From: Klebsiella phage ZCKP1 | Reading direction: 5' to 3' (one strand) | DNA: 64,000 bases | Sequence record: MH252123.1 | Shown here: positions 56,438-63,734 of the stretch, in pieces | Layout: each line of letters starts with the position of its first letter | How positions within the stretch are numbered: position 1 is the stretch's first letter | Notes under the pieces: generated by a model | Seen by the model: only the letters and a program-made list of their open reading frames with translations | Told to the model about the DNA's origin: nothing | The model's database searches: none | Position numbers and translations under genes: made by a program

Positions 56438-57576
56438 TGAAATACACTATTTTTGGAGATGTAGCTGTTGTAAATAAGGAATATGGCGTTGAAGCTAATA
56501 AACTTCCTGCTGGAGTTTGGGTTGTCAACTGCGATCCGCACGGTAACTACTCTTTAGTGCGTGGCGAAAGTTTCTCTCTTCCGAACACTCTTTATGGGGA
56601 AACTAAAGATCGCGCCGCACATGTTATTAAAACATTTGCTCGTCGTAGTAAAGAAGGTAAAAATACTGGGGTGTTACTGACAGGGACAAAAGGCAGTGGT
56701 AAGACGATGTTAGCTAAACTGATTAGCATGTCTCTAATGTCCACAGAAGGTTTAGGTATTCCAACCATTTTGGTTACACAGCCTTACACAGATGCTGGCT
56801 TCTTAGAATTTATGAGTAAAATTACAGATCGTGCTGTTGTTTTATTTGACGAATTTGATAAAGTGTACGCTAAGAAAGAAGATCAGGAAGCACTGTTGAC
56901 CTTGTTGGATGGAACAGGAAGTGGGAATAAACTTTACATCCTCACTAAAAATAGTGGTTATATCTCGGAATATTTTGTAAACCGTCCTAGTCGTATCTAC
57001 TACAGTTTCAATTACGATAAACTGTCTAGTGAAACTATGTTAGATTACTTGGATAAGAACTTGGTAAATAAAAAGCACGTAGATAACTTCCAACGTTTAT
57101 GGGATGTTAGCACAGAGTTGTCTTTCGATGTTATTCAAGGCATTGTAGAAGAATTGAATTTCTATCCAAAAATGACTTTTAAAGAATGTCTTGAAATGAT
57201 GGGTATTTCTTTAGGGAACGATGCTAAATGGAATGTGGCTTCTATCGTAGCTAATGGCAAAACCTTGAAGGTGAATTGGATCAATAACTGGCACGACTTC
57301 ACCCCTACTAAGTTTTTGTCGGGTGCTTGTTCCCTGAACATCTATCTACAAAGTTTGAAAGATGATGAAGTGGAAGCAATGGAAACCAACAGTTATGTTA
57401 TCCTGGATGAAGATGGTGATCCACATATTGATCTATGTGCAACGGCTGATGGTCTAACTTGTGATCTGATTGAAGGTGGTAAGATTCTGGTTATGAGCAC
57501 TACACCAGGAAACACTTTGCGAGTGGTGCTGGAGCCTGTAACACAACGTTCCACTACACTTGGTAGCGTGTTCTAA
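56437..57576 (+). CDS. AAA+ ATPase
   Basis: Walker A (LLTGTKGSGKTMLAKLI) and Walker B (VVLFDEFDKV). Confidence 0.6.
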   Translation: MKYTIFGDVAVVNKEYGVEANKLPAGVWVVNCDPHGNYSLVRGESFSLPNTLYGETKDRAAHVIKTFARRSKEGKNTGVLLTGTKGSGKTMLAKLISMSLMSTEGLGIPTILVTQPYTDAGFLEFMSKITDRAVVLFDEFDKVYAKKEDQEALLTLLDGTGSGNKLYILTKNSGYISEYFVNRPSRIYYSFNYDKLSSETMLDYLDKNLVNKKHVDNFQRLWDVSTELSFDVIQGIVEELNFYPKMTFKECLEMMGISLGNDAKWNVASIVANGKTLKVNWINNWHDFTPTKFLSGACSLNIYLQSLKDDEVEAMETNSYVILDEDGDPHIDLCATADGLTCDLIEGGKILVMSTTPGNTLRVVLEPVTQRSTTLGSVF

Positions 57577-57579
57577 TAA

Positions 57580-57603
57580 AGATGCCCCGCAAGGGGCATT
57601 TGT
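57580..57603 (+). terminator. rho-independent terminator
   Basis: Stem GATGCCCC gcaa GGGGCAT followed by TTGTTAT. Confidence 0.55.
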
Positions 57604-57664
57604 TATGGAGGGATTTTAGTTATTCTTTTGTTGTAGGCTCGCACTAATAGCTAAAGGGGGAGGT

Positions 57665-59125
57665 GTGCCAAAAATAGTCACTTGGGAACAATATAAAACA
57701 GATATAAAACAAGCTTATCAAGGTAAGTCTTGGACTGTTGTAGATTATATTGAGCCGTGGAACGGCAATAAAACTAAACTTAGATGCATCTGTGCTCTGC
57801 ATGGAGAATGGAAAACAACAAGCATAAATACCGCTAAACTAGGGAGGGGTTGTCCAGAATGCGGTAGGGAGATTATAAGTAAAGCAGTATCTATAAACAA
57901 ATCAAAAACCTGGGAGCAATATAAAGAAGAAGTGCAAACCACTTACAATCAGGCAGGTAAGTTTTGGACTGTTACAGGATGGCACGGAGAATGGAAAGGA
58001 TGGAATACTAAACTGGTTTGTTGTTGTGCTTTACATGGGGAGTGGAGGTCTACTTCTATATCTTCTGCGAAAAACGGGAGTGGATGCAGGAAGTGTATGG
58101 GAGAAGCAAACAGAGAAAGAACATCGATTGCATGGGAGAAACATAAAGAAGAAGTAGAAGAAGCTTATAAAGAAAAACCCTGGATTGTTAGAGGCTATGT
58201 GGAACCGTGGAACGGTTCCCGCACTAAGTTGATTTGTGAGTGTAAGGTTCATGGTCAATGGTGCACTACCACTGTAAACAGTGCTAAACAAGGGACTGGA
58301 TGCTACAGTTGTCAAAGAGAAATGACGAAACAAAGGAATACAATGGAGGATAAACAACATGTTGAAGATTTTATAAAAGCTTGTCCTGATAATGTAGAGC
58401 GTAAATATTATCGTAGCGATAGAGTAGATAGATTAGGTCGTCAGGTTTACTGGATTGTAGAATGTCCTATATGTGCAGAGGATGATTATTGTAAAGAAGG
58501 CTTATGCGATAATAAATTTGAGATGAAGATGAGTCATTTGAAAAGGGGTGGCCTTCCTTGCCGTTGTTCTAAATATTATCATTACACTCCTGAACAATGG
58601 GCCTACCGTATGACCAAAGCTTGCCAGGAACGAGGGGATCAATTTATAGGATTCATTGATAAGGTAAGCAATAACAGCAAGTTTAAATATCTATGTAGGG
58701 AGCATGGAGAGCAAACGATCACACCTACCGATTATCTCAATGGGAAAGGTTGTCCAGGCTGTAAGAACAGAAATATGCAAGAATTTTACATCAATATTAT
58801 TCTTGATGAGTACGGAGAAGACACGGGAGCTTACAAGTTGGGGATTGCAAAGGACAGTGATATCAGGATCAAAGGGCAGAATGCAAACAACAATTACTCT
58901 ATGCGCCGTATAGCATTGTTCGATCTGCCGTCCTACCAAGCTTGCAGGGCGTTAGAGAGTAAGCTAAAGTCTAAGACTGATCAGATTCTACCGTCTATTG
59001 GCTGTGTAGAACGCTTGCACATGAAAGATGGTCATAGTGAAACCTTCCTGCGCGAGGATTTGGCTATCGTCTTAAGTGCTATCAACCAAGCAGGTGGAAT
59101 AATGAGAGAGGAGGAAACATGTTAG
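57665..59125 (+). CDS. tandem Cys-rich (zinc-ribbon-like) repeat protein with C-terminal T5orf172/GIY-YIG-like domain
   Basis: Three and a half repeats of about 73 aa follow the pattern W..YK..(9)W.V..Y.EPWNG..TKL.C.C..HGEW.TT......G.GC..C. The C-terminus (YKLGIAKDSDIRIKGQNANNNYSMRRIALFDLP...ALESKLKS) resembles T5orf172. It has a GTG start with RBS AAGGGGGAGG. Confidence 0.5.
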   Translation: MPKIVTWEQYKTDIKQAYQGKSWTVVDYIEPWNGNKTKLRCICALHGEWKTTSINTAKLGRGCPECGREIISKAVSINKSKTWEQYKEEVQTTYNQAGKFWTVTGWHGEWKGWNTKLVCCCALHGEWRSTSISSAKNGSGCRKCMGEANRERTSIAWEKHKEEVEEAYKEKPWIVRGYVEPWNGSRTKLICECKVHGQWCTTTVNSAKQGTGCYSCQREMTKQRNTMEDKQHVEDFIKACPDNVERKYYRSDRVDRLGRQVYWIVECPICAEDDYCKEGLCDNKFEMKMSHLKRGGLPCRCSKYYHYTPEQWAYRMTKACQERGDQFIGFIDKVSNNSKFKYLCREHGEQTITPTDYLNGKGCPGCKNRNMQEFYINIILDEYGEDTGAYKLGIAKDSDIRIKGQNANNNYSMRRIALFDLPSYQACRALESKLKSKTDQILPSIGCVERLHMKDGHSETFLREDLAIVLSAINQAGGIMREEETC

Positions 59126-59484
59126 TTGACGTTCAAATTATGCGCAACGAAAGAATGGACTTCTTTGAAGCAGTAGAGAAACATCTGATCAGATGGGACT
59201 ATGAATTTGTTCCTGCTGGATGTGGACCAGTAGAGCATTTAGCGGAAGACGACGATGTATACATGATCATTCGTCAAGTGTACCAGACAGACCAGTGTGA
59301 AGAAACTCCCGAACTGATTTTGTTTGAGTGTAAAGATCTTGCAAAATATTTTGACTATGGCGGAAAAGAGGGTCATAATCTCTCCAGATACAATAAACGT
59401 CTACTTATCTTAGACTACATGCGGAACAACAAACACAAACTCATCGACGCAGACGCAGTTTATGGCTACTGGTGGATGGATTAA
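59119..59484 (+). CDS. hypothetical protein
   Basis: 121 aa. Confidence 0.4.
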   Translation: MLVDVQIMRNERMDFFEAVEKHLIRWDYEFVPAGCGPVEHLAEDDDVYMIIRQVYQTDQCEETPELILFECKDLAKYFDYGGKEGHNLSRYNKRLLILDYMRNNKHKLIDADAVYGYWWMD

Positions 59485-59497
59485 CAAAGGAGAAACT

Positions 59498-59686
59498 ATG
59501 GCACGTTTAGCAGACCATGAAATCTTTAAACCTATTCTGAACCACTATGATGAACTTAAAGCAGTGTTGGATTGTTATAGAGAGGATGAAGAACGTTTGG
59601 AAATCAATCTTAAGATAGTTCTGATGAAAGCTTTTCAAGACGGGCAAGCTAAAGTCTTAGAAGGCATGAAAAATGAGAATAACTGA
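59498..59686 (+). CDS. hypothetical protein
   Basis: Start set at the ATG (MARLADHEIF) that has RBS AAAGGAG. Confidence 0.4.
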   Translation: MARLADHEIFKPILNHYDELKAVLDCYREDEERLEINLKIVLMKAFQDGQAKVLEGMKNENN

Positions 59687-60215
59687 CGAATATGTATTCT
59701 TCTTTTCACATAAAGATGTGTTTAGTAATTGGTATATTGCACCCTTTACAGAAACCGAACCAGGTTACAATCAGACATTTAATTGTGTCGAACAATACAT
59801 GATGTGGCGTAAAGCTTTGCTTTTTAATGATCACAACACTGCACAGGCTATTCTGACTCATAGTTTGATACGGAAAGATGAGAAGATCCAAGCTTATTAC
59901 AAACGTATGGGTAGGGCAGTGTCGGATTTTGATAACAACGTATGGGAAGAGAACCGTGAGCGTATTGTTATGCGAGGTTTATGCTTGAAATATGTACAGA
60001 ATCCAGATTTGTATGCAGACTTACACCTTTACCAATACAAAACGTTTGTTGAAGCAAGTCCTTACGATAAGGTTTACGGTATTGGAATGGGAATGTATGA
60101 ACCAGGGGTGCTAAATCCGGTCAACTGGAAAGGGCAGAATCTTTTAGGCAAATATCATAACAAACTGATCGAAATACTTTTCCCAGACAAAATACCGCAA
60201 AGACGATATTTGTGA
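59673..60215 (+). CDS. NADAR (YbiA/DUF1768) domain protein
   Basis: FFSHKDVFSNWYIAPFTETE...FNCVEQYMMWRKALLFND matches the NADAR signature (F-FSNF...F...EQ..M..KA..F.D). Confidence 0.65.
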   Translation: MRITDEYVFFFSHKDVFSNWYIAPFTETEPGYNQTFNCVEQYMMWRKALLFNDHNTAQAILTHSLIRKDEKIQAYYKRMGRAVSDFDNNVWEENRERIVMRGLCLKYVQNPDLYADLHLYQYKTFVEASPYDKVYGIGMGMYEPGVLNPVNWKGQNLLGKYHNKLIEILFPDKIPQRRYL

Positions 60216-60270
60216 TATTTTAACTTTTTTCATTTTTAGAACAAAGGCGTCACTTTGTAGCACAGAAATA

Positions 60271-60306
60271 AGGCTCCTACAGCACCGTAGAGAGCCTATT
60301 ATTTTG
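60271..60306 (+). terminator. terminator after the NADAR gene
   Basis: Stem AGGCTC...GAGCCT followed by ATTATTTTG. Confidence 0.4.
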
Positions 60307-60457
60307 TCCTATACAAACCCTTGTCTTTTTCAGTTTGCATCACTAGGATTCGATCTGAGTGGGTTCCTGAAGGTCTGCCAATAAGATTAAAGGTTATCTC
60401 AAATTCCCATTACCTATTATCTCAAAAATCCCTCAAATTATTTAAACTTTTTAAGAA

Positions 60458-60644
60458 TTTACAAAAGTGAAAGTTGAAAACCAAAATTTAAAGTTTAGGA
60501 AAATTATCTTAAAATGTCAGATACAAAACAAAACTCAAAAGTCAAGGAAAATTTTAAAAATTTTGCGCGCCCACAGTATTTAAAGTTTTTTTGCTTTTAC
60601 AAAAATGAAAGTACAAAAGCAAAATTTAAAGTTTACAAAAATTT
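60458..60644. repeat. two about 48-bp AT-rich direct repeats (60458-60505 and 60597-60644) plus short TATCTCAAA repeats upstream
   Basis: tttacaaaagtgaaagttgaaaaccaaaatttaaagtttaggaaaatt versus tttacaaaaatgaaagtacaaaagcaaaatttaaagtttacaaaaatt, about 40/48 identical. Confidence 0.6.
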
Positions 60645-60655
60645 ATGCAGATGGG

Positions 60656-60762
60656 AATGAGAAGAGTTCTCATATGGAAATGCAAATGATAATGATTCGC
60701 ATTTAGGTTTATAAATGAGATTGATTCTTATTTGATAAGGTAAATGATAATCATTCTCATTT
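60656..60762. promoter_or_regulatory. array of four about 20-bp palindromic operator-like sites, Fur-box-like
   Basis: The sites are AATGAGAAGAGTTCTCATAT (60656), AATGATAATGATTCGCATTT (60685), AATGAGATTGATTCTTATTT (60713) and AATGATAATCATTCTCATTT (60743). They are spaced 28-30 bp apart. The last is a near-consensus Fur box (GATAATGATAATCATTATC). Confidence 0.5.
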
Positions 60763-60994
60763 AGAAAATGACGCGCAGGGGCGGTGTTTGTCTCGCGCTC
60801 CCGTGTCCCCTCGCCATGTAATAAGAATAACAGATCCAGCCAGGAAAGCAAGCGATTATTTTATCTTTACATTTCTTTACAAATATATAGCGCCCAGCCT
60901 ACCGGCGATCAACCTTCCAACCAGTGCCCCTGGTATGTTAGCCCCGCCTTTACGCCGTGGGGTGGCGCTTCCTCTTCTGTATGTAAAACAGTAT

Positions 60995-61034
60995 AAGCCC
61001 GATCCCTGGGCTTGTCAAGATTATTTTTTGTTTT
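60995..61034. terminator. stem-loop plus T-tract (candidate bidirectional terminator)
   Basis: AAGCCC gatccct GGGCTT followed by gtcaagaTTATTTTTTGTTTT. Confidence 0.4.
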
Positions 61035-61287
61035 CTTGCCAGGATAGGACACCTAACCAAAAATACATATCGCCCCGCGCCCCTGGTGGGATCTTGCTTT
61101 CCCCGCCGCCACTGCAAGCCCATAGATAACCATTTGCGAACGTATCAAAATGATCTATCTCTTCCACCTTATGATCGCCCAGGTTGAGAACGGTTTCAAC
61201 CTTTAAGCCCGTTGCGCTTGCTACCTGGTGCACCGTGCCGCCTTGCCAGCCCAATGAGTGCATAAGGTGTAATGTAGTATTTGTCAT
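61021..61287 (-). CDS. hypothetical protein (88 aa) in GC-rich island
   Basis: ORF with RBS AAAGGGCG. Candidate promoter on the - strand is TTGCTA-17-TATCAT at about 61335-61365. Its GC content is much higher than the phage average. Confidence 0.35.
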   Translation of the reverse strand: MTNTTLHLMHSLGWQGGTVHQVASATGLKVETVLNLGDHKVEEIDHFDTFANGYLWACSGGGESKIPPGARGDMYFWLGVLSWQENKK

Positions 61288-61396
61288 GGTATCGCCCTTT
61301 CTTTGATGTGCGCCCTGGTTGGCGCGGTAGAAAGATGATAGCCCTTTCTTTTATATATAGCAAGCAAAAAGAAAATAAAAAAGATTGAAAAAGTGG

Positions 61397-61425
61397 TTGA
61401 CGTTCCTCACCTGGTAGCGTAGTAT
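61397..61425 (+). promoter_or_regulatory. sigma70 promoter (TTGACG-17-TAGTAT) with A/T-rich UP-like element upstream
   Basis: It is followed by a leader of about 130 nt before the ATG at 61561. Confidence 0.5.
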
Positions 61426-61560
61426 TCATCTTGTCGAGGGGGGCGCGGCACAACGACAATAAACAACAGGAGGGCGCAATGTAGGACGGGCAAAGGTGAG
61501 GATCTCCATAATCCACCGTCCACCAACAAAAAACATCATTCATCACCTGGAGTTAAAATC

Positions 61561-61758
61561 ATGGCAACATTGCACATAGTAGCGAAAGCAGGACAAATCA
61601 GCGTCGTGGTAAACGGTTTTACTGAGTTCAGTCATCCCCAGGATGATCATGAAACGGTTTTATCTTTTATTGATTCCTTGTTAGAAATGGGAGTCATTAC
61701 AGAAGACCAGCACGCTACAAAATGCAAGCGCGTTAATCAAATTGCAGGGATAGAATAA
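61561..61758 (+). CDS. early small protein
   Basis: 65 aa, RBS GGAG. Confidence 0.45.
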   Translation: MATLHIVAKAGQISVVVNGFTEFSHPQDDHETVLSFIDSLLEMGVITEDQHATKCKRVNQIAGIE

Positions 61759-61764
61759 AAAGTA

Positions 61765-61823
61765 TTGACAACAAACAACAACCTGATAAGATGTATCACA
61801 TAGGGCGGGAAGTGGTTTCCCGC
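61765..61823 (+). promoter_or_regulatory. early promoter module P1 (TTGACA-16-TGaTAAGAT, then conserved TATCACATAGGGCGG and a stem-loop)
   Basis: -35 at 61765-70 and extended -10 at 61784-92. The hairpin GGGCGGGAAgtggTTTCCCGC lies at 61803-61823. Confidence 0.6.
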
Positions 61824-61848
61824 TCGTAACAGAAGAGAGATTATCATC

Positions 61849-62121
61849 ATGGCATCATATAGCGCAACAATGATCGTAGCTGGCACAACTGGTAAACCTA
61901 TGAGCGGTGGCGGATCTTTCGCTAATATCAATATTGACGGGCGTTTATCCCTGGACGCAGCGATCGCCATTGCACGGGAAACATTTAAGAAAGAATGTAA
62001 TTTCAACAAGCAAGATTATCTCGGTTTCGCTATTGAAAAAACCGCGCGCTTTGTTGATTATAAAAGCCCGAAAATGGTTGACACTACATTAAAAGCGCAA
62101 GATGTAGCGTTTTTGCTTTAA
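61849..62121 (+). CDS. early small protein
   Basis: 90 aa, RBS AGAAGAGAG. Confidence 0.45.
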   Translation: MASYSATMIVAGTTGKPMSGGGSFANINIDGRLSLDAAIAIARETFKKECNFNKQDYLGFAIEKTARFVDYKSPKMVDTTLKAQDVAFLL

Positions 62122-62124
62122 GGC

Positions 62125-62180
62125 TTGACATTAACGAATAATTTGTTAATATGTTACATAAAGCGGGAATAGTTCCCGCT
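62125..62180 (+). promoter_or_regulatory. early promoter module P2 (TTGACA-16-TAATAT plus stem-loop AGCGGGAAtagTTCCCGCT)
   Basis: -35 at 62125-30 and -10 at 62147-52. The hairpin lies at 62162-62180. Confidence 0.55.
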
Positions 62181-62197
62181 GTTTGTAAGGTGGTAGA

Positions 62198-62455
62198 ATG
62201 TTTTACATCAAATTAAAAGGTCACGTGATCGCGTTCAAAGATAACGCTTTTTACAGATTAGCAAAATATGCGTTAATACATCCCCACTATGTTTATATAA
62301 GGGGGCGTGATGAAATAAATATCTTTGATCAAACAACATGCGAAAACATCGAGATCCGCAAGGTTGGCGTACGTGATTATCGTACATCTTTCTACCCTTG
62401 CAAGGATTCAGCAAGTCTTTTTAAAGTATGCCAATTGTTGAAAAAAGGTGGTTAA
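62198..62455 (+). CDS. early small protein
   Basis: 85 aa, RBS AAGGTGG. Confidence 0.45.
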   Translation: MFYIKLKGHVIAFKDNAFYRLAKYALIHPHYVYIRGRDEINIFDQTTCENIEIRKVGVRDYRTSFYPCKDSASLFKVCQLLKKGG

Positions 62456-62456
62456 T

Positions 62457-63014
62457 ATGGGCCGCGAATATGTGATCCAGTCTTGGGTAAAACACGAAGC
62501 AGATGATCCGCGCATCATTCCCGATCATCTTATCGATGAATCCACGGGATATAGCGGTGAGCAAATAGGTAACAGATCAGCACGTAGTAACGGCAACGTA
62601 AAAGCGCGCTATGTGCGCCCTGGTTGGCTGGCAAATGGTAACGCTGATTTATCCAGCGCGGGAGATCCTAGCGACGGCGCGAAAGATAATCCCTTGTACA
62701 AAGTTGATCCGGCTTTTCGTGTCCTGGATGAATACCCCAGCAAGATAGCGGCGCTTGATGAAGCTCTGGAAAGTAAGCGCATCACCTGGACCGCTTACAA
62801 CATGGCAAAAAACGTACTTGATGGTAAGCTGATCCAGGCTGAAAGAAAATTAGCCAAAATTGCAGCCATAGCCCAGGAGGAAGACGAGGAGACAACGGAA
62901 GAGGAAGAGTACGAAGAGATCCCGCCGTTGTTGTGTGTTGATGCTTTTCCTGATTATCAGCCGACAGAGGAAGAAAAAAGGATCGCGCTAGAAAACTTTG
63001 AAAATAGTCTTTGA
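62457..63014 (+). CDS. early protein with strongly acidic C-terminal region
   Basis: Start at ATG 62457 with RBS AAGGTGG. It ends in a poly-Glu/Asp tail (EEDEETTEEEEYEE). Confidence 0.45.
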   Translation: MGREYVIQSWVKHEADDPRIIPDHLIDESTGYSGEQIGNRSARSNGNVKARYVRPGWLANGNADLSSAGDPSDGAKDNPLYKVDPAFRVLDEYPSKIAALDEALESKRITWTAYNMAKNVLDGKLIQAERKLAKIAAIAQEEDEETTEEEEYEEIPPLLCVDAFPDYQPTEEEKRIALENFENSL

Positions 63015-63069
63015 CATATCGCCGCCACTGGCATAATATTTACCACGTAGGGCGGCAATGGTGCCGCTC
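63011..63069 (+). promoter_or_regulatory. early promoter module P3 (TTGACA-17-TAATAT plus TTACCACGTAGGGCGG and a stem-loop)
   Basis: -35 at 63011-16 and -10 at 63034-39. The hairpin GGGCGGCAatggtGCCGCTC lies at 63050-63069. Confidence 0.55.
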
Positions 63070-63097
63070 ATAGTGAAATTATGCAAGAGGTTTACAA

Positions 63098-63193
63098 TGA
63101 TTAATAAAGAAAATAGCTTGACGGTTGGAACGATTAACGCTATCATTTTCGCCGTTCCATTTTGGGTTGTAGTAGCGGCTATTATTTTCTAAA
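63098..63193 (+). CDS. small membrane peptide (31 aa)
   Basis: ATG with RBS AGAGG. It has a hydrophobic segment (AIIFAVPFWVVVAAIIF). Confidence 0.3.
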
Positions 63194-63201
63194 AAATATT
63201 C

Positions 63202-63262
63202 TTGACAACGTTTTTTAATCTGATAAGATGTATCACATAGGGCGGCGGAATACTTCCCCGCC
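63202..63262 (+). promoter_or_regulatory. early promoter module P4 (TTGACA-16-TGaTAAGAT plus TATCACATAGGGCGG and a stem-loop)
   Basis: Nearly identical to P1. The hairpin GGCGGCGGAAtacTTCCCCGCC lies at 63241-63262. Confidence 0.6.
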
Positions 63263-63283
63263 AAAACAAAAAAGGGTAACACA

Positions 63284-63646
63284 ATGAGCAAGCAAATCAA
63301 TACTATCATGTTTAATCTGGTATCTTTCCGCGATGATATGAAAAATTTACCACGTGAAACGGTTGATATTCATGTTTCAGCTTATCGCGCCCTTATTGAT
63401 ATGTTACCGCTAAAACGTGATCAACATGCCGCTAATATGATGCTTAATGCTATGCTTAAAAAGATGATTCAAACGGATCTTACCCTGGCATATGAGTATC
63501 AAGGGCGCTTATATGCAACTTACAACAGAGCGGTACCTGGTCTGGGAAGTACTGAAGAGTTGCACGGCTTAAACCTGGATCAAAACACTTGGGATAGTAT
63601 GCGCCGCGTTATGGTATGGGCCGAAAGCGGTAAAATTTACGAATAA
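63284..63646 (+). CDS. early small protein
   Basis: 120 aa, RBS AAGGG. Confidence 0.45.
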   Translation: MSKQINTIMFNLVSFRDDMKNLPRETVDIHVSAYRALIDMLPLKRDQHAANMMLNAMLKKMIQTDLTLAYEYQGRLYATYNRAVPGLGSTEELHGLNLDQNTWDSMRRVMVWAESGKIYE

Positions 63647-63652
63647 AAACGG

Positions 63653-63712
63653 TTGACACTGTTTAAAATTCTAGTATAGTTTACCACATAGGGCGGGAAA
63701 TGGTTTCCCGCC
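63653..63712 (+). promoter_or_regulatory. early promoter module P5 (TTGACA-16-TATAGT plus TTACCACATAGGGCGG and a stem-loop)
   Basis: The hairpin GGGCGGGAAatggTTTCCCGCC lies at 63691-63712. Confidence 0.6.
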
Positions 63713-63734
63713 AACAATGAAAAAGGTTATCATC

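Noticed and set aside
60216-60420. Possible tRNA gene in the intergenic region after the NADAR gene
   Set aside because: No cloverleaf could be drawn, and no T-arm GTTCRANYC-like box with matching acceptor stem was found. The only stem-loop looks like a terminator.
60387-60660. AT-rich direct repeats considered as a CRISPR array
   Set aside because: Only two long imperfect repeats of about 48 bp are present. The spacers are not of uniform length, no cas genes are nearby, and repeat identity is about 83%. This does not fit CRISPR architecture.
60633-60851. 72-aa - strand ORF
   Set aside because: It spans the operator array and is more likely regulatory DNA than coding.
60770-61035. RyhB-like Fur-regulated sRNA
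   Set aside because: The sequence downstream of the Fur-like boxes bears no resemblance to RyhB. Only the generic idea of an operator-controlled short transcript is retained as a hypothesis.
60784-61129. The + strand ORFs (70 and 113 aa) in the GC-rich island
   Set aside because: Both begin with GTG or TTG, have no RBS, are Pro/Arg/Ser-rich low-complexity translations of GC-rich DNA, and overlap each other. They are probably non-coding.
63079-63309. 76-aa - strand ORF
   Set aside because: It lies antisense across two early promoter modules and the small membrane peptide gene. It has no RBS and is antisense to clear regulatory elements.
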